Assembly (NCBI GenBank): GCA_965644295.1
Contig: CBFFRP010000417.1
Location: 1-45,765 of the forward strand
DNA from: Paraphysomonas bandaiensis
Taxonomy: Eukaryota > Protista > Chrysophyceae
Length of the DNA stretch: 45,765 nt
Direction of reading: 5' to 3'
The position numbers and the translations under genes were made by a program. Within the stretch, counting starts at the first letter, position 1, and the number at the start of each line of letters is the position of its first letter. The notes under the pieces were generated by a model. That model was not told the DNA's origin and ran no database searches. It saw nothing but the letters and a program-made list of their open reading frames with translations. Positions 1-12,400 of the stretch are shown piece by piece.

Positions 1-3000
1 CCGCACCAACATTGTGCCCTACATTGTCGCCTACTTTTACTCCAAGTAATTCTCCGACATCCTCGCCAACACTGTCCCCTACAGTATCTCCGCCTTTTGT
101 TTTCTCTCCTACTGCTCAACCTACTTCATGTACTCCTCGGCTTGAGAATTCTACCGATGTGTACGATATGATAAATCATGTTAAAGTTACATCGTACTGG
201 TTAGAATCTGGGTTTGTAGGAGTGGATGATCAGGAATGGGTCACTGTTTCAACAGTTCTTACTTCATTTGAAAATGTGGTGGTATTTGTTAGCCTTCCTA
301 ATATAGCTGGCGAAACGTCGAGTGATGGTTTTCCTGCAATCGCTCGTGTTCGCAATGTCATGGTGTCGGGTCAGGTATCATTTGAGACTCGTATTTATCA
401 GGCCAACGACAGTTATTGTTCGAAGGAATGGCGTGTCCCAACTGCCATATCTGAACCACTACCACTGTCGTGGATGGTAGTTGAGCAGGGTGCATTCAAT
501 TTGAGTGGACATTACTTCATGGTTGGGAGTGGTCTCATTACTCGACAAGATAGCGATGTTACGAATTCCGATAATTTTGTTCGATTCAATTACCCCACCG
601 GTTGTGTATCTCCCAATGTTAGTTGCCTCTTTGAAGAAGAAGATAAAATTGGAATAATATTGCAACTCCAGACCGTGGTTTATGATCGCATATTGATACC
701 ACGAGGGTTTAATGTCAAGCTCCGTTTTGCGAGGGTTGTGTTACAGCCCCATGACTCTGTTGATGAGTCGTACTATACTATGCTTTCTCCTGAAACTCTT
801 GCATTCATGGCATTTGAGACGGGATTGGCTATAAGTTGTGTTGAGAAATGGACATTCGAAACTCATTTTTACGCATCTGTCACGCATATCAAGCTGCATA
901 TTGATTTTGAATATTTCTATGAAGTTCCGCCTGGGATATATGGGACAATAGGGACATCTACTAGCTTGACTGACTCAACCGGTCTTCGTGCGTTTGATCG
1001 GACAAGTTCTAGCGCCAGTTTGATAACCCAAGAGGACCAGTGTGTTGATGAAGAGACAATGCATACGACACAGGAGGAAGTATTTGTAATGGTAGTAGGG
1101 GAGTCTAAAAGTGTTCAAGGTTGTGTCATATGCCGAGCACTTTTCACAGCTGATACGACTATATCACCAACGTCGATCCCAACGACTATTACAGTACCTC
1201 CGACTAGATCACCAACCTCAACTCCTATTTTATTGCCGACTTTGCCTCCTACGATTTCCCCAACGTTATTCCCTACGGTGTTGCCGACATTATCTCCGAC
1301 GTCGGCACCGACATTGTGCCCTACACTGTCGCCTACTTTTACTCCAAGTAATTCTCCGACATCCGCACCAACATTGTGCACTACACTGTCGCCTACTTTT
1401 ACTCCAAGTAATTCTCCGACATCCGCACCAACATTGTGCCCTACACTGTCGCCTACTTTTACTCCAAGTAATTCTCCGACATCCGCACCAATATTGTCGC
1501 CTACTTTTACTCCAAGTAATTCTCCGACATCCGCACCAACATTGTGCCCTACACTGTCGCCTACTTTTACTCCAAGTAATTCTCCGACATCCGCACCAAC
1601 ATTGTGCCCTACACTGTCGCCTACTTTTACTCCAAGTAATTCTCCGACATCCGCACCAACATTGTCGCCTACTTTTACTCCAAGTAATTCTCCGATATCC
1701 GCACCAACATTGTGCCCTACATTGTCGCCTACTTTTACTCCAAGTAATTCTCCGACAACAGCACCAACATTGTCGCCTACTTTTACTCCAAGTAATTCTC
1801 CGACATCCGCACCAACATTGTGCCCTACACTGTCGCCTACTTTTACTCCAAGTAATTCTCCGACATCCGCACCAACATTGTCGCCTACTTTTACTCCAAG
1901 TAATTCTCCGACATCCGCACCAACATTGTGCCCTACACTGTCGCCTACTTTTACTCCAAGTAATTCTCCGACATCCGCACCAACATTGTCGCCTACTTTT
2001 ACTCCAAGTAATTCTCCGATATCCGCACCAACATTGTGCCCTACATTGTCGCCTACTTTTACTCCAAGTAATTCTCCGACAACAGCACCAACATTGTCGC
2101 CTACTTTTACTCCAAGTAATTCTCCGACATCCGCACCAACATTGTGCCCTACATTGTCGCCTACTTTTACTCCAAGTAATTCTCCGACATCCTCGCCAAC
2201 ACTGTCCCCTACAGTATCTCCGCCTTTTGTTTTCTCTCCTACTGCTCAACCTACTTCATGTACTCCTCGGCTTGAGAATTCTACCGATGTGTACGATATG
2301 ATAAATCATGTTAAAGTTACATCGTACTGGTTAGAATCTGGGTTTGTAGGAGTGGATGATCAGGAATGGGTCACTGTTTCAACAGTTCTTACTTCATTTG
2401 AAAATGTGGTGGTATTTGTTAGCCTTCCTAATATAGCTGGCGAAACGTCGAGTGATGGTTTTCCTGCAATCGCTCGTGTTCGCAATGTCATGGTGTCGGG
2501 TCAGGTATCATTTGAGACTCGTATTTATCAGGCCAACGACAGTTATTGTTCGAAGGAATGGCGTGTCCCAACTGCCATATCTGAACCACTACCACTGTCG
2601 TGGATGGTAGTTGAGCAGGGTGCATTCAATTTGAGTGGACATTACTTCATGGTTGGGAGTGGTCTCATTACTCGACAAGATAGCGATGTTACGAATTCCG
2701 ATAATTTTGTTCGATTCAATTACCCCACCGGTTGTGTATCTCCCAATGTTAGTTGCCTCTTTGAAGAAGAAGATAAAATTGGAATAATATTGCAACTCCA
2801 GACCGTGGTTTATGATCGCATATTGATACCACGAGGGTTTAATGTCAAGCTCCGTTTTGCGAGGGTTGTGTTACAGCCCCATGACTCTGTTGATGAGTCG
2901 TACTATACTATGCTTTCTCCTGAAACTCTTGCATTCATGGCATTTGAGACGGGATTGGCTATAAGTTGTGTTGAGAAATGGACATTCGAAACTCATTTTT

Positions 3001-3439
3001 ACGCATCTGTCACGCATATCAAGCTGCATATTGATTTTGAATATTTCTATGAAGTTCCGCCTGGGATATATGGGACAATAGGGACATCTACTAGCTTGAC
3101 TGACTTAACCGGTCTTCGTGCGTTTGATCGGACAAGTTCTAGCGCCAGTTTGATAACCCAAGAGGACCAGTGTGTTGATGAAGAGACAATGCATACGACA
3201 CAGGAGGAAGTATTTGTAATGGTAGTAGGGGAGTCTAAAAGTGTTCAAGGTTGTGTCATATGCCGAGCACTTTTCACAGCTGATACGACTATATCACCAA
3301 CGTCGATCCCAACGACTATTACAGTACCTCCGACTAGATCACCAACCTCAACTCCTATTTTATTGCCGACTTTGCCTCCTACGATTTCCCCAACGTTATT
3401 CCCTACGGTGTTGCCGACATTATCTCCGACGTCGGCACC
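1..3439 (+). repeat. Intragenic 2130-bp-period duplication (copy 1: 1-1309; copy 2: 2131-3439)
   Basis: The two blocks read identically except for one substitution I could find (tgactcaacc at 971-980 vs tgacttaacc at 3101-3110, Ser->Leu). Confidence 0.95.
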
Positions 3440-6400
3440 AACGTTGTCACCAACAATGTCACAAACATTAACCCCTACTATGGCGCCTACTCTCACTGCA
3501 AGTAGTTTTCCAACTCTATTGCCAACCAGCTTCCCATCTACTAATCCCACGTTAACGCCGACGTCCGTACCAACGTTATCCCTAACACTACGCCCGACGT
3601 CAGCACCAACCGTGTCACCAACACGATCCCCTACATTGTCGTCTACTTCTACTCCAAGTAGTTCTCCAACTGTGGTGCCAACCAGTTCCCCATCTGCTAA
3701 CCCTACCGTGTCTCCTGCGTATCAGACACTGTCTCCCACATCGATTAAAACAATTATCCCCACTCTTGATCCAACACTATCACCAATACGTCCTTCACCA
3801 TTGTCTCCTACGACCTCACCCGTTGTCTTGCCGACCAATATCCCGTCCAATGAGCCCACCATGGTAGCTGTTTGTCCAAGCTCTTTCCCTAGATTTTGCC
3901 CAACACTTATTCCAAGTATGTCTATAACTGTGGAGCCGACCTGTGGCCCATCAGATAGTCCTGTCATTTTTCATACTTCCAGCCCCACTATTTCAGTATC
4001 CTTTTCTTCTGAACCATCTGCGAGACTGTCGAGTGCAACGACTACCCCTACTGCTGTACCTGTTATGACCCCTACTATTCAACCCACGAATACTCCAAGC
4101 AGTACAGGTGGCATCGGAGAGACATTTTCCCCCACCGCTGAACCTGTTATGACCCCTACTATTCAACCCACGAATACTCCAAGCAGTACAGGTGGCATCG
4201 GAGAGACATTTTCCCCCACCGCTGAACCTGTTATGACCCCTACTATTCAACCCACGAATACTCCAAGCAGTACAGGTGGCATCGGAGAGACATTTTCCCC
4301 CACCGCTGAACCTGTTATGACCCCTACTATTCAACCCACGAATACTCCAAGCAGTACAGGTGGCATCGGAGAGACATTTTCCCCCACCGCTGAACCTGTT
4401 ATGACCCCTACTATTCAACCCACGAATACTCCAAGCAGTACAGGTGGCATCGGAGAGACATTTTCCCCCACCGCTGAACCTGTTATGACCCCTACTATTC
4501 AACCCACGAATACTCCAAGCAGTACAGGTGGCATCGGAGAGACATTTTCCCCCACCGCTGAACCTGTTATGACCCCTACTATTCAACCCACGAATACTCC
4601 AAGCAGTACAGGTGGCATCGGAGAGACATTTTCCCCCACCGCTGAACCTGTTATGACCCCTACTATTCAACCCACGAATACTCCAAGCAGTACAGGTGGC
4701 ATCGGAGAGACATTTTCCCCCACCGCTGAACCTGTTATGACCCCTACTATTCAACCCACGAATACTCCAAGCAGTACAGGTGGCATCGGAGAGACATTTT
4801 CCCCCACCGCTGAACCTGTTATGACCCCTACTATTCAACCCACGAATACTCCAAGCAGTACAGGTGGCATCGGAGAGACATTTTCCCCCACCGCTGAACC
4901 TGTTATGACCCCTACTATTCAACCCACGAATACTCCAAGCAGTACAGGTGGCATCGGAGAGACATTTTCCCCCACCGCTGAACCTGTTATGACCCCTACT
5001 ATTCAACCCACGAATACTCCAAGCAGTACAGGTGGCATCGGAGAGACATTTTCCCCCACCGCTGAACCTGTTATGACCCCTACTATTCAACCCACGAATA
5101 CTCCAAGCAGTACAGGTGGCATCGGAGAGACATTTTCCCCCACCGCTGAACCTGTTATGACCCCTACTATTCAACCCACGAATACTCCAAGCAGTACAGG
5201 TGGCATCGGAGAGACATTTTCCCCCACCGCTGAACCTGTTATGACCCCTACTATTCAACCCACGAATACTCCAAGCAGTACAGGTGGCATCGGAGAGACA
5301 TTTTCCCCCACCGCTGAACCTGTTATGACCCCTACTATTCAACCCACGAATACTCCAAGCAGTACAGGTGGCATCGGAGAGACATTTTCCCCCACCGCTG
5401 AACCTGTTATGACCCCTACTATTCAACCCACGAATACTCCAAGCAGTACAGGTGGCATCGGAGAGACATTTTCCCCCACCGCTGAACCTGTTATGACCCC
5501 TACTATTCAACCCACGAATACTCCAAGCAGTACAGGTGGCATCGGAGAGACATTTTCCCCCACCGCTGAACCTGTTATGACCCCTACTATTCAACCCACG
5601 AATACTCCAAGCAGTACAGGTGGCATCGGAGAGACATTTTCCCCCACCGCTGAACCTGTTATGACCCCTACTATTCAACCCACGAATACTCCAAGCAGTA
5701 CAGGTGGCATCGGAGAGACATTTTCCCCCACCGCTGAACCTGTTATGACCCCTACTATTCAACCCACGAATACTCCAAGCAGTACAGGTGGCATCGGAGA
5801 GACATTTTCCCCCACCGCTGAACCTGTTATGACCCCTACTATTCAACCCACGAATACTCCAAGCAGTACAGGTGGCATCGGAGAGACATTTTCCCCCACC
5901 GCTGAACCTGTTATGACCCCTACTATTCAACCCACGAATACTCCAAGCAGTACAGGTGGCATCGGAGAGACATTTTCCCCCACCGCTGAACCTGTTATGA
6001 CCCCTACTATTCAACCCACGAATACTCCAAGCAGTACAGGTGGCATCGGAGAGACATTTTCCCCCACCGCTGAACCTGTTATGACCCCTACTATTCAACC
6101 CACGAATACTCCAAGCAGTACAGGTGGCATCGGAGAGACATTTTCCCCCACCGCTGAACCTGTTATGACCCCTACTATACAACCCACTATTGTTCGTGAA
6201 TCACCCCTACCAACACTGTATTCTACGTCACGTCCGAGTTGTATATTTTCGAACCTCACCGAATATGTTGGTAATGGAACGAGTGGATCAGACTTGGTAT
6301 TCAACTTTATCTTAACCGACGAATCTAGCTTTGAAGATGGTGCTACTCGGTGGAAGAGCTTCGTTGACAATGATTTAACAGTACCTTTCGCTCTTGACTA

Positions 6401-9400
6401 CTATGTTATTGAAGTGTGGGGAATCAAAGCCTTTATTTCCGATGATGATGTGCTTGAAGGTAGTGTTATCGAATGTTTCCATTCACAGTGCTTTGATGTT
6501 GTGTTGGTGAATGAAATTGTTGGGGCTATTGTGAACTCGCGTAATATGACTGTCGAATGTGGAAACTCAACATGGAAAGCGGTGAATGGAAACTTATTTG
6601 TAGACAGCGATAACTACCCATGTGCTGTCGCTAGTCGTAGTAATAAGTTTGTTGCAGTGCCGGAGAGGCAGCATTCCTGCTATAGCGAAGGTTCTGCTGC
6701 CTACTCAGTGTCCGGTACTGTAGCTTTAAAAGTTAGAGAAGTAGTCCCTGCCAGTGTGCCGAAAATTCACTCTGTTCTGTCTACTATTGTTGCAGATGCG
6801 ACTAGTGTGGTTGTAGCTATCAATGTGTCTTTTTCTCGATTTGGTGGTACTGTGTGTGTTGGTGCCTTCGCATCGGATACAAAGCTGTCCACTTTAAGCA
6901 GTGGGGCGGTGAAGTACCAAGGGCATTGCAGCGCAAAATCAATTAAATCCTTAGATGATTCATGGGAAATCGTTACGATTACAGTTGATGGCTTGGATGC
7001 GTTACAGACTTATGATTTTTATGTGTCAGGTGCCGATAGTTTCGGTAACATTGGGCCGTTGGACCAAAAAGTCGTGTCTGTGACGATGCCGTGTTGCAAA
7101 GAAGTAGTTTTCATTGGAAAAAGTCCGCTGAGTGTTCCGTCTATGTTACATGAATACGATATGCTACTTGCACACGAGCTAGAAATTTATACAGTTGGTA
7201 TCGAGCTATCTTCCTCTCCTGACCAGACCACTGTAATCTCACTTAATTTTGCTAATAATTTCACTGCCGTGGCTAATGTCACTTCCATTCCCGCCTTTAT
7301 TGAGTTTGTTCCTGGGAAATCTAATCGCTGGGGATATTTTCTTGTTCATGGTATGCCTGGGTCGTACAGAATGAGCATCAAAATATCAGGGCCCGGAAGT
7401 AGCGAATTTACCGTATCTGAAGCCATAGAAATCGAATTATTGGATGAATGGTCGAAGTTCCCACCTCCATCACTCAGTGGTGCTAGTTTTGATAATTCCG
7501 GCGGCCTAGTTCATATTTCATTGAATTCTCCGAGTGACTTTGGCATATCTATTCTTGGCAGTGCTGATGAAATGTGGGAATGCACAAAACTCCTTGCTTT
7601 CAAAGGTGACAGCAGTGCTGCGTGTATGTGGTCCAGTGCATCCGCGATAACGGTGTACTTGAAATACCTTGACAGTTCTGAACCCTATATTAATTTGGTT
7701 ACACCTGGCGATAACATTTCGTTGAGGAGTGGGATTCTTCGATCTTACTGTCCCTCTAGTGTGGAGTGTGACTCTCAATTTGCTGAAGGATCTACAGTGA
7801 CTGTAACCGCAGGACATAACACCATTACGCCGAATGTTGTCTTGTATGCCCCTGATGTTGTTTACTCTTGTGATGATGTTGTGGTAGATGCGTCACAATC
7901 GTCTGGGTCTGGTGGCCGAATGTGGCAAACTATCGAGTGGAAAGTAGTAGCTGCTGATGGCGGCAGTGTTGATAATTTTTTGTCTACACTGACTGCTCAG
8001 AGCGATTTGTCGATGCCCATTACAGTTCCGTCACATTTAACTAGAGAAACTACTTATTATGTTAGCCTTGGGTTGAGAAATTTTATTCAGAATGCTTCTG
8101 ATCCACTTGAATTCGTAACAGTTGTCATAGCTGTCCGTTCAGACACTGCGCTAAGTATTAATATTAGCGGAGGAAGTTATTTTGTCTTACGACAGTCCTC
8201 CCCACTGCATTTACGAACACAGTTGTTCATCTCGACTTGCAACAATTCGAAATCATCAATTGCGGGAATAGCTGATATCGCGGCCGTGTCTCTCACGTGG
8301 AAGGTATATGAGAACCTGCGGTATACTGATTCCATATTATCAACTAGTTCTAATCCTAGCGAATTCAAAGTTGATGGCTCAGTGTTTACGGCCGGCTCAC
8401 TTTATAAAATCTACGTAATTGTTCGTAGTGTGGTTGATGGGACCGAGTTGGAAAAGAGTTCTGTGATTTCTGTTTACTCCGTGAATGACGATGCGAGTGC
8501 ACTCATTTCTGATGGAGTATCTGCGTTATTTGTACACCCTGATTCTGAACTGATTCTTGGGGCGGAGCCAACTGCTGTGGATGGAGCCACATACATTTGG
8601 ACGTGTGTTGCCACCAGTAGCATCATGTTTGGGTACGAATGTATAGATACTATTGGAACCCTATCCGTAGTGCGAACAAATTCATATTTGACGCTACCAT
8701 CTGGAACACTGAATGCGAATACAACATATCGGTTAACTCTTATGATTACGTCTGATGTTGCTGGCCGAAGTTCGACGTCGTCGAGAGTCTTTCGTGTTAG
8801 CACCGGTAGTTATTCGTCGCCCTTGCATTGGTACACTTCCGTCAAGTCGAATATGTCAATCGAAATATTGACGGACTCATTTTCAAACGTAGTTTGTCCG
8901 AGTCGGCCATTTGAAATAAACTCTCGCATTCATTCAAGTTATAGTGAAGGGGTCAATGCGAGTTGGAGTGTTTTGTCGTTGGGGTCGAATAGGAACGTAC
9001 TGGACCCCTCTGTTTCTTATTCTAACAACGATCGACACTTGCCCTTTAGCTACGTGTACAATGGAGCCAATTTTCCTTTGGGCTTGAATCCACATGCTTT
9101 GGCTATTGGGGGAGCGTACACTTTCCGCTTGGCTGTTGACATCACCACTGTTGATTTTATTTACACTGACATTACTGTCAATGTAAATAGTCCTCCTGTT
9201 GGCGGAACATTCTTCGTGGCGCCAGAAAGTGGAGAATCTTTCGAAACTGTATTCACTCTGGCTGCCTCTTATTGGACTGACCACATTGATGACCACCCTA
9301 TTCACTATCGATTTGCGTATCAAATGTCGACAGATTTTGATGACACACAGTCTTACAGTGTTATCAGTGCGTGGGGACGAAAAAGCTTTGTGTATACAAC

Positions 9401-12400
9401 ACTTCAATCTGGCCTGAGTGCTGACAACTATAGTCTAGTGTGTGGTGTTTTTGTAGCCGATGTATGGGGGTCTAAGACACTCTCACAGTATACGGTACAA
9501 GTTTTGAAATCCTCACGAGAATCCAATCGTAGCAATGTCGTAGTTCAACTTGAGGATATCGCGTTTTCTGCTGATAGTACTCTCTTTCTGACGAACTTAA
9601 GTGGGGCACTTAATACTTTGCAGCAAGCGGCATCATATCTTGGTATATTAAATAGACCCAACTGCACTTTGGCTCCCTATTGCAAAGCCCTTAATAGAGA
9701 AGAGTGTGAAACTGTGAGTCATACTTGTGGTCCGTGCTTAAAGGGATTTACTGGAGTATTCGGGGACGACAATAGTATGTGTTTAAATGATTCGCTTACT
9801 GGAGGCAATGTTGGCGATGTATGTTCAAATAACGATGATTGCTTGTATGGTAGGTGTTCTAATGGCTCATGTGTCATGCCTGTGAAGACCTGTCCTCTGA
9901 GTTTGGTTGGTGGTAGTGTGTGTTCCGACAATGGCGTGTGTTTATTTAAGGACCTCCATGGTAACACAATCGAAGAAGAACTGTGTACAGTGGACAACAC
10001 GAACTGTATAGCAGCATGCGACTGCTCAACTGGAGGAGGTAAAGACTGCGGCCTCTCTAACAGTGAATTATCTATGCGATCTAGAATTCGTGGGCAGCTC
10101 TGTGGGACATTGGAGAGTATGCTCCCTTATGTCAGTGATTCGGATTTCAGAACTGAAGCATCTGTCCGACTACTATCACAGATTTATGATACTTATGAGG
10201 TTAGTACTACTGAGAGTTGGGCTCAGTGCAATGGAGCACTAGAAGCTGTGTTTTCCAGTTTGGCAACCAGTGGGACCAAGTATGTCTCTAAATTTATTAT
10301 TACTGATGCACTGGTAACAGTATCGAAGTACTTTCAAAGCCACTTCTACGAATATGCTGGATCTAATATGGTTGACTGGGCGGTGGCCATATTGAAGGAT
10401 ACTGTATTAGCCGACATGCTGGCGGGTCAAACCCCAATTGTAGCGTTTTCAGATAGCTTAAGGCTGGAATTTCGGCAAGATTTCTTGAATGATCTCGATG
10501 GTGCTGTACTGGAAACACCTGCGACGAATGAAGAGATTTTTTATGGCACTCAAGTAGCGTCTATATCTGTGCCCGAGAGTGGACTTAATTTGTGTGGAGC
10601 GTTTGAGGACTATGCTAAATTCGTGGTTCATATGTGGAATATGAATCCGTATGACATAGACAGTGATGTGATCATTCAGAGTAGCCTGATGAGTATTACC
10701 ACACGTTCAACAGGTGGAACACTGGAAGATACCTCTGGCGTTAAGAATTATTCAATAGTGTTTCCTTCGTTAACACGACAAGAGTGGAACACTTCTACCC
10801 CGCATTGTGCAGAATATGATTTGTTTACTCAATCGGCACGTCTCTGCGAATCCTGTATTATTGCGTCTTACAACGCTGACAACGTGACGTTTGTATGCAA
10901 TGATGCACTTGACTACTTTTGTCCGGATACCTCTTCCAGCAGACAAGTTTCGTCGAATATCCCTGACTTCTATCGATCCCGTCGTCTACAAGGCGGTGAG
11001 GAAAAGGTGTATTTTGTGCAGCAGGTTGATGATTTAGTGTCGTCCAGTAGAAGTGGCGGTACTAGTTCTGGTCTCCGCTCTACCCCGATTGTTATGACAG
11101 GGATTGCAACTTTTCTTGCAGTTATACTTTTTGGTATATTTATGCTTCATATGTGGGACGAATTTGATCGCAGAGTTTTCGTTTACAACCGTGAAGATAG
11201 TGCGAAGAAGGGAAGGATATTTTTTGATATAACTGCACCGTTTGATGAAAGAGGGCTGGGAGCACTGCACGCATTTCCATTCTTGAATGAGCTTCAAGAA
11301 GTACGTGGCAGGAGCTTATATTCAACGAAGCATATTGAAGAAAATATTGGGAAGGAACACGACCAGCACACAACCTCTTTTGTCTTTCAAGACGATAAAG
11401 ACTCTGCAACAATGACATCTGATATTCCCAGTGTGACCTTCTCTCAATTAACCGGCTGTGTATCTGACAATCGACGTGATGATGTGTCTCTCAAAATAAG
11501 CGGTAAATCAAGAAACGATGAAGATGCTTCTGACGTTATTTGGAGTAATGTTGACGTTCCTGTTGGTGACATCCAGAGGATGGAGACATCTATTTGTGGT
11601 GGTGAGATGGGGCTTCATAATAGTAGCTTTTTACGTCAGAATGAAAATGTTAAATCATGTGATGATCCCTTGCCAATCCGGAGTGGAGATATAGCTTTCC
11701 CCTCCTCCTCTTTTCTATCGTATTACACTCTCGGTACGCGCTTTTGGAGAGCCATGAAGCGGCACCACAAGTTAGTGCGCATTTTTACTTATCCCTCGAT
11801 ACGCCGGCCTCGTGTGATTCGATTTCTTGTGGCTGCCAGTGACTTACTCTTTATTGTATTTGTCAATTGTCTTTTTTTTGGAATATTCTACCCTGATAAT
11901 AGCCATTGTCAAAAATTTTCTTCGACAACAGAAGCCACATGTCTAAAAGATGAGTCGCGATATGAGTCAGGAAAGTCACTGTGTGAATGGAACTCCGAAG
12001 GGGAAAGATGCGGTCTTCGTAGTCCTCCTTTGACAGTGGTGTTCATCATCCAAGTATCGATGATTGTAATACTAATCTCGATCATTCCCCGTCGCATAGT
12101 GCAGTTTATTCTTGAAAAATTTTGCGCCAAGCGACCAGTCATGGAGGATATTGGGGTCAATTCTTCAGATTTCTTGAGTTCAGAGCCTGAATCGGCGGTA
12201 GAATCTAAATATTTTGGTAGTTTGACGAGAAAAGATGAGGTCGAAGCATCGATTGTGACTTCTCAAGCATGGTCAGATACTGAAAAGAGCCTCGCACAAA
12301 GCGAGAATCCTGTCTACAAGTATAGTTACTTCGATAACATGGGTGAATCAGAAGAGGTGAATGAGTTCATGGATACCACAAAAGTTTATTTCAGTACGGC

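Noticed and set aside
1111-2301. 396-aa (+) and 319-aa (-) ORFs rich in H/C/R/L
   Set aside because: Alternate-frame shadows of the coding minisatellite.
3993-6182. 729-aa antisense ORF; regular array superficially CRISPR-like
   Set aside because: Stop-free by virtue of the 84-bp repeat; units are identical with no unique spacers and there are no cas genes.
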